A stretch of DNA of 64,000 nt from Fistulifera solaris (lineage: Eukaryota): the NCBI GenBank assembly GCA_030295235.1, contig AP026137.1:558001-622000 (forward strand), given 5' to 3'. The position numbers and the translations under genes are program-made. Below, in pieces: positions 46,821 to 58,170 of this stretch. The number at the start of each line of letters is the position of its first letter. The first letter of the stretch is position 1. The notes beneath the pieces are model-generated. The model did no database searches, had not been told where the DNA came from, and saw only the letters and a list, made by a program, of their open reading frames with translations.

Positions 46821-48911
46821 ATGGCATCGGAAATTTTGTTAGCAGATGATGCTGTTATTCACGGTAGTATGAGATCCCAGTTCACTGGCGGGTCGCACAT
46901 GACAATCAGCAGCGGTAGTTGGAATGAACGAACCACGGTGACTTCGACTTCCTTGCACGGCAATTTAATGCGTTCTATCACGAATCGCGATCCTATGAAG
47001 TGAGTATTCGTTGAGAGATTCATTGACTAGCAACGAAGCGCTTCTAATGCATGTCTTTTTTTGATCTTTGTCCCTTAGGATCTACGAAGTGATCTCCATT
47101 CTAGGAGATGGCAGCATGGGCTCGGTAGCGAAAGTACGGAAACGACCTTCCGCTATAGGAGGATCGGCTCGACCCGAGCATGTCATTAAGAACCAAAATA
47201 TTTTGACTTGTTTCCCGAATCTTTTTTCTTGTTGCATTCCGAATTCATCAGAGAAAAGCAATCGCTCTGCCTTTTGGTCCTTCAAGGACTCATCCGACTC
47301 CACAATCAACATTACCGATAGTGGCAATACGTCCGCCTTTTCTTCGGAAAATCGAGACAAACGTTTCATACGCAAAGCGTCTTCTATGATCTCGTATGGC
47401 AAGGGCAAACCGGTGTTTTACGCGCTCAAGTCGATCCATTTAGACCGCTGTTCGAACGTGGATTTTCAGCTCGAACTCAAAAACGAGGTGGCCATTTTGA
47501 AAGAATTGGATCATCCGAATATTGTGCGCGCCATTGAAACATTTGAATACAAAGGACGTTTGTTCATTGCGTTGGAGTTGTGCAATGGAGGAGATTTGTA
47601 CACGCGCGATCCGTATTCGGAACGGGAAGCTTTGAAAATTACCCGCGACTTGTGTTCGGCCGTGGCGTACTTACATGCGCGGGGAATCATTCATCGGGAT
47701 TTGAAATTTGAAAATATCATGTTTACCAATACCAGTAAACATGCGGATGTGAAGTTGATCGACTTCGGTTTGTCGAAGAAGTTTGCAGCCAACGAGTTCT
47801 TGGCCGATACAGTGGGGACGGTGTATACCATGTCCCCGGAACTCATTTCGGGGGCGTACAACGAGAAAGCGGATGTCTGGAGTCTTGGCGTGATATGCTT
47901 CATGCTGCTTTCCAGTAGTATGCCGTTTTTCGGAAAAACGAGAGTCCAGGTACTCAAGAAGATTGCTCGTGCGCAATATCAATTCAGTAGTCGGCGATGG
48001 AATAAGGTTTCCGCTGAGGCAATTAGCTTCTGCGAGACGATACTAAATCCAGATCCAGACGCTCGACCTTCGGCAGAAGCCACCTTGAAGCTTCCTTGGA
48101 TTAGCAACAATGCTTTTCGGGATGAACAAATTAGCATAGCTGCAGATGCCGTGCGAATGGACAGTATACAAGCAAGTATCGAGGCATTTGTTGGCTACGG
48201 TACGCTCAAAAAGCTAGGACTCATGGTGATTGCTTATCGCTCAACGTCGGAAGAGATAGGTTTCTTGAAAGATTTGTTTGTGCGGTTCGACAAGATGCAA
48301 AACGGGGAAATTGATGAAAACGAATTTGCGCTCGCTTTATCGGCCTACAATTATGCTCCCGAAGAGATTTCGAATCTATTTCACGGGATTGACATCGACG
48401 GGACGGGTAATGTTCACTATATCGAGTTTTTGGCGGCAACTATTGAGGCACTCGGTCCGATTGATGAAGAACGCATTGCCGAGGCCTTCGATCGTTTAGA
48501 CAGCGATGACACAGGTTACATAACTGTTGCGAACTGTAAGTACGGAGCTGAATCACTCAATCTATCACGAGTAACCAATGCTCACATGGTCTTTTTTAAG
48601 TGAGAGACTTTCTCGGTGATGAAGTCCCCACCGAGTACTTGGAAAAGGTCATTGACGAAGCGGACCTTTTACATGATCACCGCATTTCGTATGAGGAGTT
48701 TTTAGAAATGTGGAATGTCGACACCGAAGTTCAACTGGAACACGGTCGCAAACATGTTGCTGGGCGACGAATCATTAGTCGCGAACCATCGTTCACATCT
48801 TCCGTATCGTCGGACTTGACGTCCATCCATTTCGAGAGTTTGAGAAGTTTAGCGAATTCAATGCGAGCTGGTGTCAATACTTCCACGCGCTCGGATTTCT
48901 TTGACGAGTGA
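46821..48911 (+). CDS. Calcium-dependent protein kinase (CDPK-like), 3 exons
   Basis: Motifs GDGSMG, ALK, HRDLKFEN, DFG and SPE, plus four EF-hand-like loops. Introns at 47000-47078 and 48536-48600. Confidence 0.93.
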
Positions 48912-49420
48912 GTAGACCATTTTTATAAGCTGTAAACTAATATGTGTGTATCTTTATTCATGAACGGATCCATTATTGTGCTCTCTCTGTCCTATAGAAT
49001 CTCTAGCTATGTCTTTTTCGAGTTTTCGTGCAAGTGCAGGACATCCTCATTTATTCTCAACCTTATTGTATCCCACATCAGTGTTCTGCAGAAATATAAG
49101 TACAATAAAACTGATACTCCTAGAAAACAAGACACGCAGCGACGTCATCAAAACAGCGACCATCCTAGCTTGTTTCTCACTCATGCGCATCGGTACCCAG
49201 TCTTTAAGTAAAATTAATCGTTACATAGTCACACCCGTTTCAAACTGCAAAACAGCGCAAGACGGTTTTCGCACTCCGCGCGAAAAAAAAAACGAAAAGA
49301 AAACGGATGAATTTTCTTTGATGAACATCACAGTTGATGGGCTTGTTCCCGAATCCTTGCACCACAATACTCGTCACAGAACGACGCCTCTTCAATCTTA
49401 TACGCATATATACGAACCTC

Positions 49421-50113
49421 ATGGACAGTGTCAACAAGAACAGTAGTCCCCACATCCTTCTTGAGTTTAACAAGTTGGCTGTCTCATTGCTCGAACGAGG
49501 AAAAAGTAAAGAGGCCATGAATCACTTTCTAGCGGGCCTTACCACAGTAAATACGGCAGAAGAGCTGGTATCGGATAAGGACGACTCGTCTCCGCACAAT
49601 GATGCGCGCTTGTTTCACACCGAGGATGTGCTTCATGCGACGATTCTGCCTCCCCTCGAATGCGCCGACCCTTCTTGCAATTTCTTTACGCTGTTTGATC
49701 ATGCTCTGTGGTACGATGAGACACAACTATCCAACGATCCCAACGATTTATCGTTAGTATCATCGGTTTATCTCTACAACATTGGGTTGGCGTTCCATCG
49801 AGAAGGGTTTGTGCGGGGAAAAGCGTCTCTGTTGCACGACGCGTTGCGCTTTTACCGATTGGCGAAAGAGTGCAGCTTTGACTCGCACTGTAATAGCGAA
49901 GATGATCATCTTATCCTCTTTGCTATACACAATAATATGGGAAACATCTTTGCTCACTTTTTCGATCGCGTCAATGCACGAATGTGTTATAAGGTCATGG
50001 TCGAGCTGGCCCCCAGCATGAGTCGGATTCTGGCCGAAAATGAGGCGTTCTTTGCGACGCTGTACAATCTTATTTCGGGTCAAGAAATGTTCCAGTTTGC
50101 CCCGGCGGCGTGA
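49421..50113 (+). CDS. Diatom-type helical-repeat hypothetical protein
   Basis: YNIGLAFH...ALRFY...NNMG and terminal APAA, a pattern I recognise from a common diatom family. Confidence 0.7.
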   Translation: MDSVNKNSSPHILLEFNKLAVSLLERGKSKEAMNHFLAGLTTVNTAEELVSDKDDSSPHNDARLFHTEDVLHATILPPLECADPSCNFFTLFDHALWYDETQLSNDPNDLSLVSSVYLYNIGLAFHREGFVRGKASLLHDALRFYRLAKECSFDSHCNSEDDHLILFAIHNNMGNIFAHFFDRVNARMCYKVMVELAPSMSRILAENEAFFATLYNLISGQEMFQFAPAA

Positions 50114-50291
50114 GATATGCTTCTGGGGGAGTCGTCGGCTTGTTGATTTCCAATGAGCTGCTCCATTCATTTCTTTTTGGCTTTTTTCAGTGCGTTAGAA
50201 CTCTTCAACTATAAACAATCTATTCAATCAGTTTTTATTCAATTCTAGTACTAAAAATAAGATTACTTATCTTACAGGCGACTAAACAAAT

Positions 50292-51872
50292 TTAAGCAAG
50301 CTCCTTTTGGAAGATGGGCACAAGGTATTCGGCAATCTTGAGAGCCTCGACGGCGATCTCAATAGTGGCAATGCCTTCGGCGGGCTTTCCGTCAACAGTG
50401 TGCTTCGCAACACGCTCCTTCACCGTGATGTAGTCGGGGTCTTGCGTGAAGAAGTAAGGCATGGCGGTGGGGTACTTTGCTTGCAATTGTTCGACATGCT
50501 TCTTGTCCTCGTCGTCGGGCATGTAATATCGGAAGACTTCCTTGCCCGATTTGTCGGTGACGACCGCGTACGAGTCGGTACCTCCACAACGGTCCGTTTG
50601 CACCGAAACCTCGTTGCCATTCTTTGTCTTGATGGTGAACTTCACCTTATCAAAATCAGTAAACGACTTTCCGCTGGGTCCTTTCAAAGTTTGCATGGAC
50701 GAAAAGTCCTTGTCGACGATCACCTCGGCAATATTATCCACAGAGACATCATAAAAGCTGGCGAGCAGTGCCAATTCATGAATGGCCATGTTTTTGAGCA
50801 TACCCTCCGAGTTGCGTTCAAAGCACTCTCCGAGCGACTCGGGCGTGTTCTCGTAGGCGTTGTTGGTGACGAAAGTCACGTGCGACCCAGGGACAGTGGC
50901 GGCGAACTCACGAGCCTTTCGTACATATTTGGCCACGTTCTTGTTGTATCCCATGAGTACCTCGACGCCGGCTTGTTTCGCTTCCGCCGACATGGCTTCC
51001 AACTCTTTGACGGTCGGGGCACCGGGTTTCTCCAAGTACACGCACTTGCAACCGTGAGCAATGGCCTCGCTCAACAATTTTGGGTTGTCGGCCGTTCTTC
51101 CACTGATCAAAGCGAGACGAGGAGCGGCGGGAGGTGGAAGTTCCTGCAAGGATTTGGCGAATTTGGTGCCGTACTTGGATTCGGCCTCGGTCTTGAATTC
51201 CTTAAAGTCCTGACCGGCCGGCGAATCAGCTCCGTCACCCATGAACCACGGCTCAACTACAAAGTCGAGAGAGGCAGAGGGGCATCTGAAGGACAAGGGG
51301 GTAAAATTGTGAGATTGAAAGTCAGGAGAAAGGTCGGTTGTCGACAGATGGCATTCACAAGATCTCGAAAAACAAATGCGAACCCTTTTTCGACGGGCTG
51401 CCGCAGAGTCCAGAGTCCGTAACGGACCAGCGATGCCGCTCCATAGGCAATGTACAACACCAGATAAAAATTATCGCGTTGCGTCCCCGTGAATTGTTTG
51501 TTTTTCTCTATGGGAAAAAGACGACAACGACATATAAAGATACTTACTTCTTCTCGAGCATTTGAACGGCATGATACCAACCCATACCTGGAAGTAGGCA
51601 ATATCAATCAAAGGATGAGTAAAGCGATTGATTTCTTCAACACCTTGCATAGACACGTTTCCTTCGCTACTTTTACAAGCCGCGAATCATCTCTTACCTC
51701 GGTTGGGCGCACCGCATCCGACCAAGATCACTTCCGCTTGGCCTTCTTCCGCAAATCGAACAGCGGTGCTACTGACCGTGCGGACGTTGGTGCGCAAAAA
51801 GGCTTTGCTGGTTTGGAAAGCGGCAGATCGAGTGAAAGAGAGCATGGTGATGGAAATGGCAGCAAATTTCAT
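50292..51872 (-). CDS. Plastid Gfo/Idh/MocA-family oxidoreductase, 3 exons
   Basis: Signal peptide followed by SAA-F. Motifs VGCGAPNRGMGWYH (exon 2 at ~51548-51588), LEKPG, GYNK and NMAIHE. Confidence 0.88.
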
Positions 51873-52615
51873 AATGCGAGAGTATCTTGAACAAGGTGAA
51901 AAATTGGATATTTCGCGGCGTGTGCAGGACTGCTAACGTCAGAGCGGCTTTTGTTTGGGGTGGGCGTCAAAATTTATGGGTGCAAATCGTGATCGTCGCT
52001 TGCTAGTGCTACGGGAGTTCGCGTGCAACGAACACTCTTCTCTCGAAAACAAGGTGAGATTCGTACTAACAAATCCACCATGAAAAGTGACGGCACTTCT
52101 TCTTCGACCGGAAGCAAATCTTCGGTTTCCGTCGGACTTTCGATCCGACAGAAAGCGTGCACAAATTACTATAGAGCGGGAGTACCAAGGGGTATTGTTC
52201 TTCGCTCCCTTCGCCATCTGCTTGTGAAGATGCCTGCAGAAGCGAGACTACATTTTGCATGACAGTACCTTGCGCGATCGAGGTCGAAGATGATCACAAC
52301 GAAGACATGGCTCGTGATTCGAGAGTCTTGTGACATTGTTGACAACTACATGACAGAAGGTCGACATCATTGGTGACTGCAATGTATGAAAAATAGTCCT
52401 AGCTGCGTCTGTTCTTTCATAGATAAAGCATTGATTCCATCTATTTTGGTCCTTGAACGGAAACCAAAGATTGAGATGGATGAAGTCACTCACTAACATT
52501 ATCGCAAAAGAGCTAGCTCGTTGACTAGCTGATGTGAATTATCTAAGATAAATCGTTCAACTAGTTGTAGCTATGAACTCACTTCTCTTATTGCCAGATA
52601 TCATTTGGAACAATC

Positions 52616-53498
52616 TTACATGTCGATTCCAGAGCACCTGAGAGTCACTTTGGCGTTCTTTGCAAAGTCTTTCCCTATGGGAGCGTAAATATTCGTAATC
52701 CACTTTCCGACCGACCACTTGACGTGGACGGAATCTTTTGATTGGATGGTCGCAATGACCGAGCCAGTGGGCAGTTTTCTAGTATACTGGACAGAGACGT
52801 CGCCCTGGGTGGTGACGGATTGGGCGATGATACTTGGGCCTATTTCTTTGGCGACAGTAAGCTTTTGCTGGTCCCTGTCGGCATCTAGATTGACGGATAA
52901 TCCTGATGTACGGTATTCAAGTATCGTATCACCCCTTTTGGACCTCAAGTCGCAAGTCCGCATCGCAATCCACATATCATCCAAAGGATCCTCCACGACT
53001 TGTACCACTCTGAACTTCTGTAACGAAAACCTGCCCTTATTATCAACAGACCCAGAAGCATCAAGACCAGTCCCAGTAAGACCGGCAATCATAGATAGGC
53101 GAACACCCATTCTCCTTAAATCTCTCGAGTCGACGCTAAAACGAGCGGAAGATTCAATTTCCAATTCATCATCATAGTGTTCGATTTTCGCCCGTCCACT
53201 GAACGGCATGGCGGTGTTCCGAACATTCGGCTTGACTGTAAGTTCGCCCTGCGTAGATCGATCAAAGATGAGAAAAGAGGAGATGCTCGTGCGCGTACTG
53301 ACGAATGCAGAACAAACTTGCCTCTACCTCAAAATCGCCGATGGTATCACTGGCTTCCTAAGAAACGCTGGGGTGAACGAGATCAAAAATGGATTTTGCA
53401 CCGACTGGTTTTAATAGAACCGACAATTCCGGCCGACTGATCTCCGCATGGGATTTTTTGAGAAGGGAAAGCAGCATCAGGGTCAATAGCAAGTCCAT
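52616..53498 (-). pseudogene. Diverged copy of the beta-barrel-like protein with an in-frame TAG
   Basis: Colinear with 54453-55313. PSVS*EASDTIGDF here versus PSVYWGASDTIGDF there (TAG at 53358-53360). GC-AG intron at 53249-53321. Confidence 0.65.
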
Positions 53499-53718
53499 GG
53501 TTTTTGTTCTGCGGAATAATTGTATACTTGGCGGATAGCGATTGATAGCCATCTGGAGCTGCTGCGCCGATTCTGTAGCACAGACCTCTTCAATTGATAC
53601 CTAATCGATCAACATGTCTTGAACATAAGTCTAAGAACACTTATTGCTGCACTGCGATGTGTTCAGAGATGCCGCCGTTTTTTGCGAAAAAATCCAAACA
53701 TCGTGCATCGTGGTTCAT

Positions 53719-53981
53719 GGTTCATGACTGAAATGCAGTCTTGGCGAAAACGGACAACACTATGGGCCTACAGTGATCTGGAAGGGTTTCTTGGCAACAT
53801 GAAGCGACCCGCACAATGCTAAATGTTGTTAAAGGTAATAACAGTGTTATAACGACTGATTCATTTCACCAAGCTCGCAAAAGGAACGAAGAATAGGTAC
53901 CGGTATCAGGCATGTTCGTAAGTCTTGTTCATGACCGAAGGGCAGTCGTGGTGAAAGTAGTTTACACATTGGTGCTATAGT
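53719..53981 (-). repeat. Two tandem copies (208-bp period) of the dispersed repeat family
   Basis: gttcatgacYgaa..gcagtcKtggYgaaa at 53720 and 53927, each followed by acac...tayagt. The intervening sequence aligns with 30487-30620. Confidence 0.75.
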
Positions 53982-54452
53982 ATCTGAAAGAAAAAAGAAA
54001 AACTATACGAACGACGGAGTCTACACATCATCACGACTGTTCTAGGGAAACAACCCGCAAACGCGCTAAAGTAATACCGCATGCTGCTACAAACGATACT
54101 TTGTGGTTGAGGAGGAAAGTCAAAACAGTAGATTTGCAAAACGAGCGAGTGCAACAGGAAAGCCGCTTTTGTTTTAGTATTCATTCCTGTTATCGACCAG
54201 AAAGCAAGTAATCCATACCAGACTTCCTACAGTATCGAGGGGCTAAGTCATCGTTTTAAAGACTAAATTACGCGGAACAAAGGTATTATGTCTTTTCTAT
54301 AGGTCTCGAATCGCCGCCACGGGCTGATAAGTACAAGCGCCATAAGTACTTCTAATTTTTGGTCACTAAGATCGACAGCAGACTCTATTCGTTTTAGCTA
54401 TGTATGATTCAAAGAATAGCCACAACAAAGCCACAAACGCGTCACTCAAGCT

Positions 54453-55313
54453 CTACAAGTTGACTCCGGTGCAACTGAGAGTCACTCGAGCTTCCTTGGC
54501 AAAGTCACGACCTAGAGGAGCTTTCAGATTCGCCACCCATTTTCCGTCCGACCATTTGACATTGAGGGATTCGTTGGATTTGACGGTCGCCACGACCGAA
54601 CCATTGGGTAGTGCACGAGTGAATTGGACTTCGACATCTCCCTGGTTGGTGATGGAAGGGGCGATGACATTTGCACCAAACCCTTTGGCGACCGTCAACT
54701 TTTGTTGATCCATGTCTGCATCGATGCTGACCGATACTCCCGACGTACCGTACGCCAACTTGACATTCCCTTTCTGCGAGCCCAGATTGTAGCTAGGAAC
54801 CACACTCCATACACCACCCAAGGAATCCACATTCTGTGAAAGTTTGACATTTTCGAGGGCCACGATGCCTTGATCGGTATCTACCGACCCTGACACCAAA
54901 AGCCCTGTTCCAGTAGGACCACCCAGGATCGCTAAGTCTACACCGACTTTGCTCAGATCTTTTGAGTCGACATCGAAACGAGCGGAAGATTGAAAACCAA
55001 AAGCCGAGCGTTTGATTTTGGCCCATCCACTAAAGGGAATGGTGTTGGATTTGACGTCCGCTTTGACCGTCAGCCCGCCCTAATCGAGTTGCAGTGAGAA
55101 ACAAGAGAGAAAGAAAAACGCAGATTCAACTACAAGACTTGCCTCGATATCAAAATCTCCGATCGTGTCACTGGCACCCCAATACACACTGGGTTGAATG
55201 ATATCAATCGAAGGTTCCGCGCCACCCGCATTCAAAAGTACCGATACTTCCGGTCGACTGACACCCGCCAGGGCTGTTCCGCAAAGAGAAAGGAAAGGAA
55301 TGAGCAGCTTCAT
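54453..55313 (-). CDS. Signal-peptide-bearing all-beta protein (porin / OEP24-like), 2 exons with a GC-AG intron
   Basis: Alternating amphipathic strands and LNVKWSDGKWVANLKAPL. Intron at 55080-55142 with donor AG|GCAAGT. Confidence 0.75.
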
Positions 55314-55703
55314 GGTCGAGATGGTTGTATACTGTAGATTTTGATGCAAAGGAGTAAAATGAAAATGGAAGATCGCGCACTTTCTTTTGCCGTTCGCAAA
55401 ACTTTCGCAACGAAGTCCGCGAGTGCACGTCGATCCGGCATTCAATGAGTCACGAGCACGCACGACCGCCGTGTCCTACGTCATTCCTCGTGTTCGCGCG
55501 TTCGAAAATAATACCTGGTAGAGTGAGTTTGTTCGACCATGTCAGTCAACTGCTGCTTGTCATCTTGCAAACTCATCATAGCTTTCATGCCTTGTTGCAA
55601 CACAATCGACACAAAAATATACCATTTACTCGCTCTATCTTTTTGCATTATTATCTGTTATTCCCCTTCCCCAATCTTTTTTTTACAACTGCAACACAAT
55701 CCA

Positions 55704-56405
55704 ATGTTGACTCGAACGACTACCGTAGCGGCCCTCCTAACAGCGTCCGCCCACGCCTTTCAAATTGCCCCGCCGAGTCATCGACCATCAACTACCTTAC
55801 ATATGGGACTCTTTGATGGAGTCAAAGAAGCCTTCAGTGCTCCGGCCTTAGAACGAAGTTCCATTGATTCCGAACGCGAAACACCGATCGATCGATGGAT
55901 GGGATGGAGTGTCGTGTCCGACAATAAAGAAGTGCAAGCACCATCAAAAGTTACCGGTAAGTGACATTTGTGAGAATACTCGACTCGGTTCTCTATTAAA
56001 TCTTACTCTAATGGTTTATTGCCAGCCAACTTTGTGGACGCCATGGATGAAGCCAATTATGTCGCCGTCGAATTGCAAAAACCCATGGGCATTGTATTTG
56101 AAGAAAATGACTCGGAATATGGCGGTATTTTTGTACAATCGTTGAAAGAAGGAGGATTTGCAGCCCAGAATGGAGTACTCAAAGAGGGTGATCAATTGGT
56201 AGCCGTCAACAAGGAAAAGGTATACGGTTTACCGTTTGATGATGCCTTGGGTGCGATCATTGATGCCGAGGGTGCTACGACCAAACTGGTATTATTCCGG
56301 GGTAAGGCGAGTCAATTTTATGGACCGACGGGAGCTAGTAAAGCGTGGTTGGAAGAATTTGTGGGAAAAGGAGGAGTGCCGGCGACATCCGCGGAGAGTG
56401 CGTAA
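55704..56405 (+). CDS. Plastid-targeted PDZ-domain protein, 2 exons
   Basis: ASAHA-F leader and KPMGIVFEE...GDQLVAVN. Intron at 55957-56025. Confidence 0.88.
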
Positions 56406-56821
56406 GAGTCTTTTCCTCTCGATTCCTTGCCGACAGGTGAAACCTCTACGCCTCCAGTCTTTTGTGACATAGTCCCATTATTATGAATAGAATATTAAAC
56501 ATATTTAGTGTTTTCTCGATGAATAAGACGTTTCTTTTTTTCTTATCAGTGCTAAACGCGTAAAAGGAGACTGTCGGTTACACTTGCTAGGACTGACAAT
56601 CTAGTAGCTAACACTAGTATGCGGAAAGGGCACTTCCACGAGAGCTCTACAAATAATCTAAAATCGTTTACTTATTAAAATTGACTGTAAAAAATCTTTA
56701 CTTGAGAGAAAAAAACGTACAAAGCCGTCAGCGAGTCTCATTTTGAAAGTCACCCTATCGACCCGTGTGTTTTTGTTCCATAGGGCATGTGCGACTGCAA
56801 TCAACCCTTCTGTCTCCGACT

Positions 56822-57510
56822 TCAAACACAAACTTGAAATCGGGCAACCTTTTCTTTGGCAACCTTATTCCACTGCAAAATTGTAGCTGAAGGCTTCGCT
56901 TCGTCGCGCCAAGACACGTTCGAGACTGCAGCTGGCCGTCTCGGCCAATGCTCACGACGAAAACTCTCCCACACTTCGAATGCATCCTGATACGGACTTT
57001 GGTATTGTTTAGGTGATGCTCGGTAAAAATTGTAAGCCGGTGTTTGACTGTAACGAGCGGATCGACCCCACCGATCTTCGTCGCGGTCCCGAAAGTGCGG
57101 ATCCCAAAGACAGATGGGTCGGCTGTTACTAAAGAGTTGGGGGTGTTCCGACAAGGAGTCGAGGATCCGTAACACGTTGCCGCAGGGGACACCACACCAT
57201 CCTTCTTTTGGACGGGCCAATGTACGACAAAGCCACAGACTTGGTGTTCTTGAACAAGGTGATGAAGATGGGACGACACGGATGGTTTCAAACGTTTCTC
57301 GCACCCGATTTTGACCGATTCCAGACGCAGTGGCGGTAGTACTTGTGGTGCTTCACCTTGTTGGGGACAAGTCGCCAGCATGAGCTCCATTGTATCTTTC
57401 CAGATGACCATGTTGAGAAGGCTCGCGGAAGATGATCTCGCGGAACACCACGACAAGGATCGCGCGACCAGAGCCGGTGCGGTGAGCTTGGTCGTGATCG
57501 AAGCTCTCAT
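56822..57510 (-). CDS. YqgF / RNase H-fold-like protein (degenerate), 1 frameshift
   Basis: VCGFVVHWPVQK joins EGWCGVPCGNVLRILD...CLWD across an A-run indel at ~57206. Confidence 0.55.
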
Positions 57511-58170
57511 TCTCTTAAAGGCATTCTAAAGACCTCTCAATAGTCTCACTTGCATAAGAATAATTGTGAGCCGGAACGAAGAATCATTGATTTGGTTAGA
57601 AAGTGATGTGTGTTGTTGTTCGTTTTGTTGGTGGCTCTTTTTTCTTCCTGTGAAAGGTCGGAATTGGATTCGCGACTATACGATCATTGTGTAGTCACGG
57701 CGCACACGAGAAATTCTCACAGAAGGAATCTTGATCGGGTACATTTTACATCACAGTCGAGTCCCGAGAGCCGTTGGAGGTTGTTTTCGAAATGCGCTGT
57801 GCGGGTTTGGAGCGAGACAAAGTGACGAAGCACTTCGACCTTGGACAAACTCACGGCATTTTTTGAATTCTTGTTCGCGTCTATGCTCAATTTGTGTTGA
57901 GAACTTGTGCGACACTATTCGGACACATCACTTATGCTTCGTGACTGAACCGGAGGGCGCGCACTGCGCGAAGTGAAAAAGGTCGTCATTGCGAGCATTT
58001 TAACCCGGACGAAAGTCGAACGTTCACCAAAGACAAACAACAACAAGGTAAATGAAAACAAAGCGGCTCCTCCTTGAAGAACTTACTCCGTCTTGTAGAA
58101 AAAGTTCTTGTGCGGGTGAGAAAGGCAATCGTTACACAAATTAGCGCATATTACTCAAATATCAGCAATC

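Noticed and set aside
50307..51422. 371-aa plus-strand ORF
   Set aside because: In-register antisense to the oxidoreductase. It is explained by strong codon bias and has no motifs.
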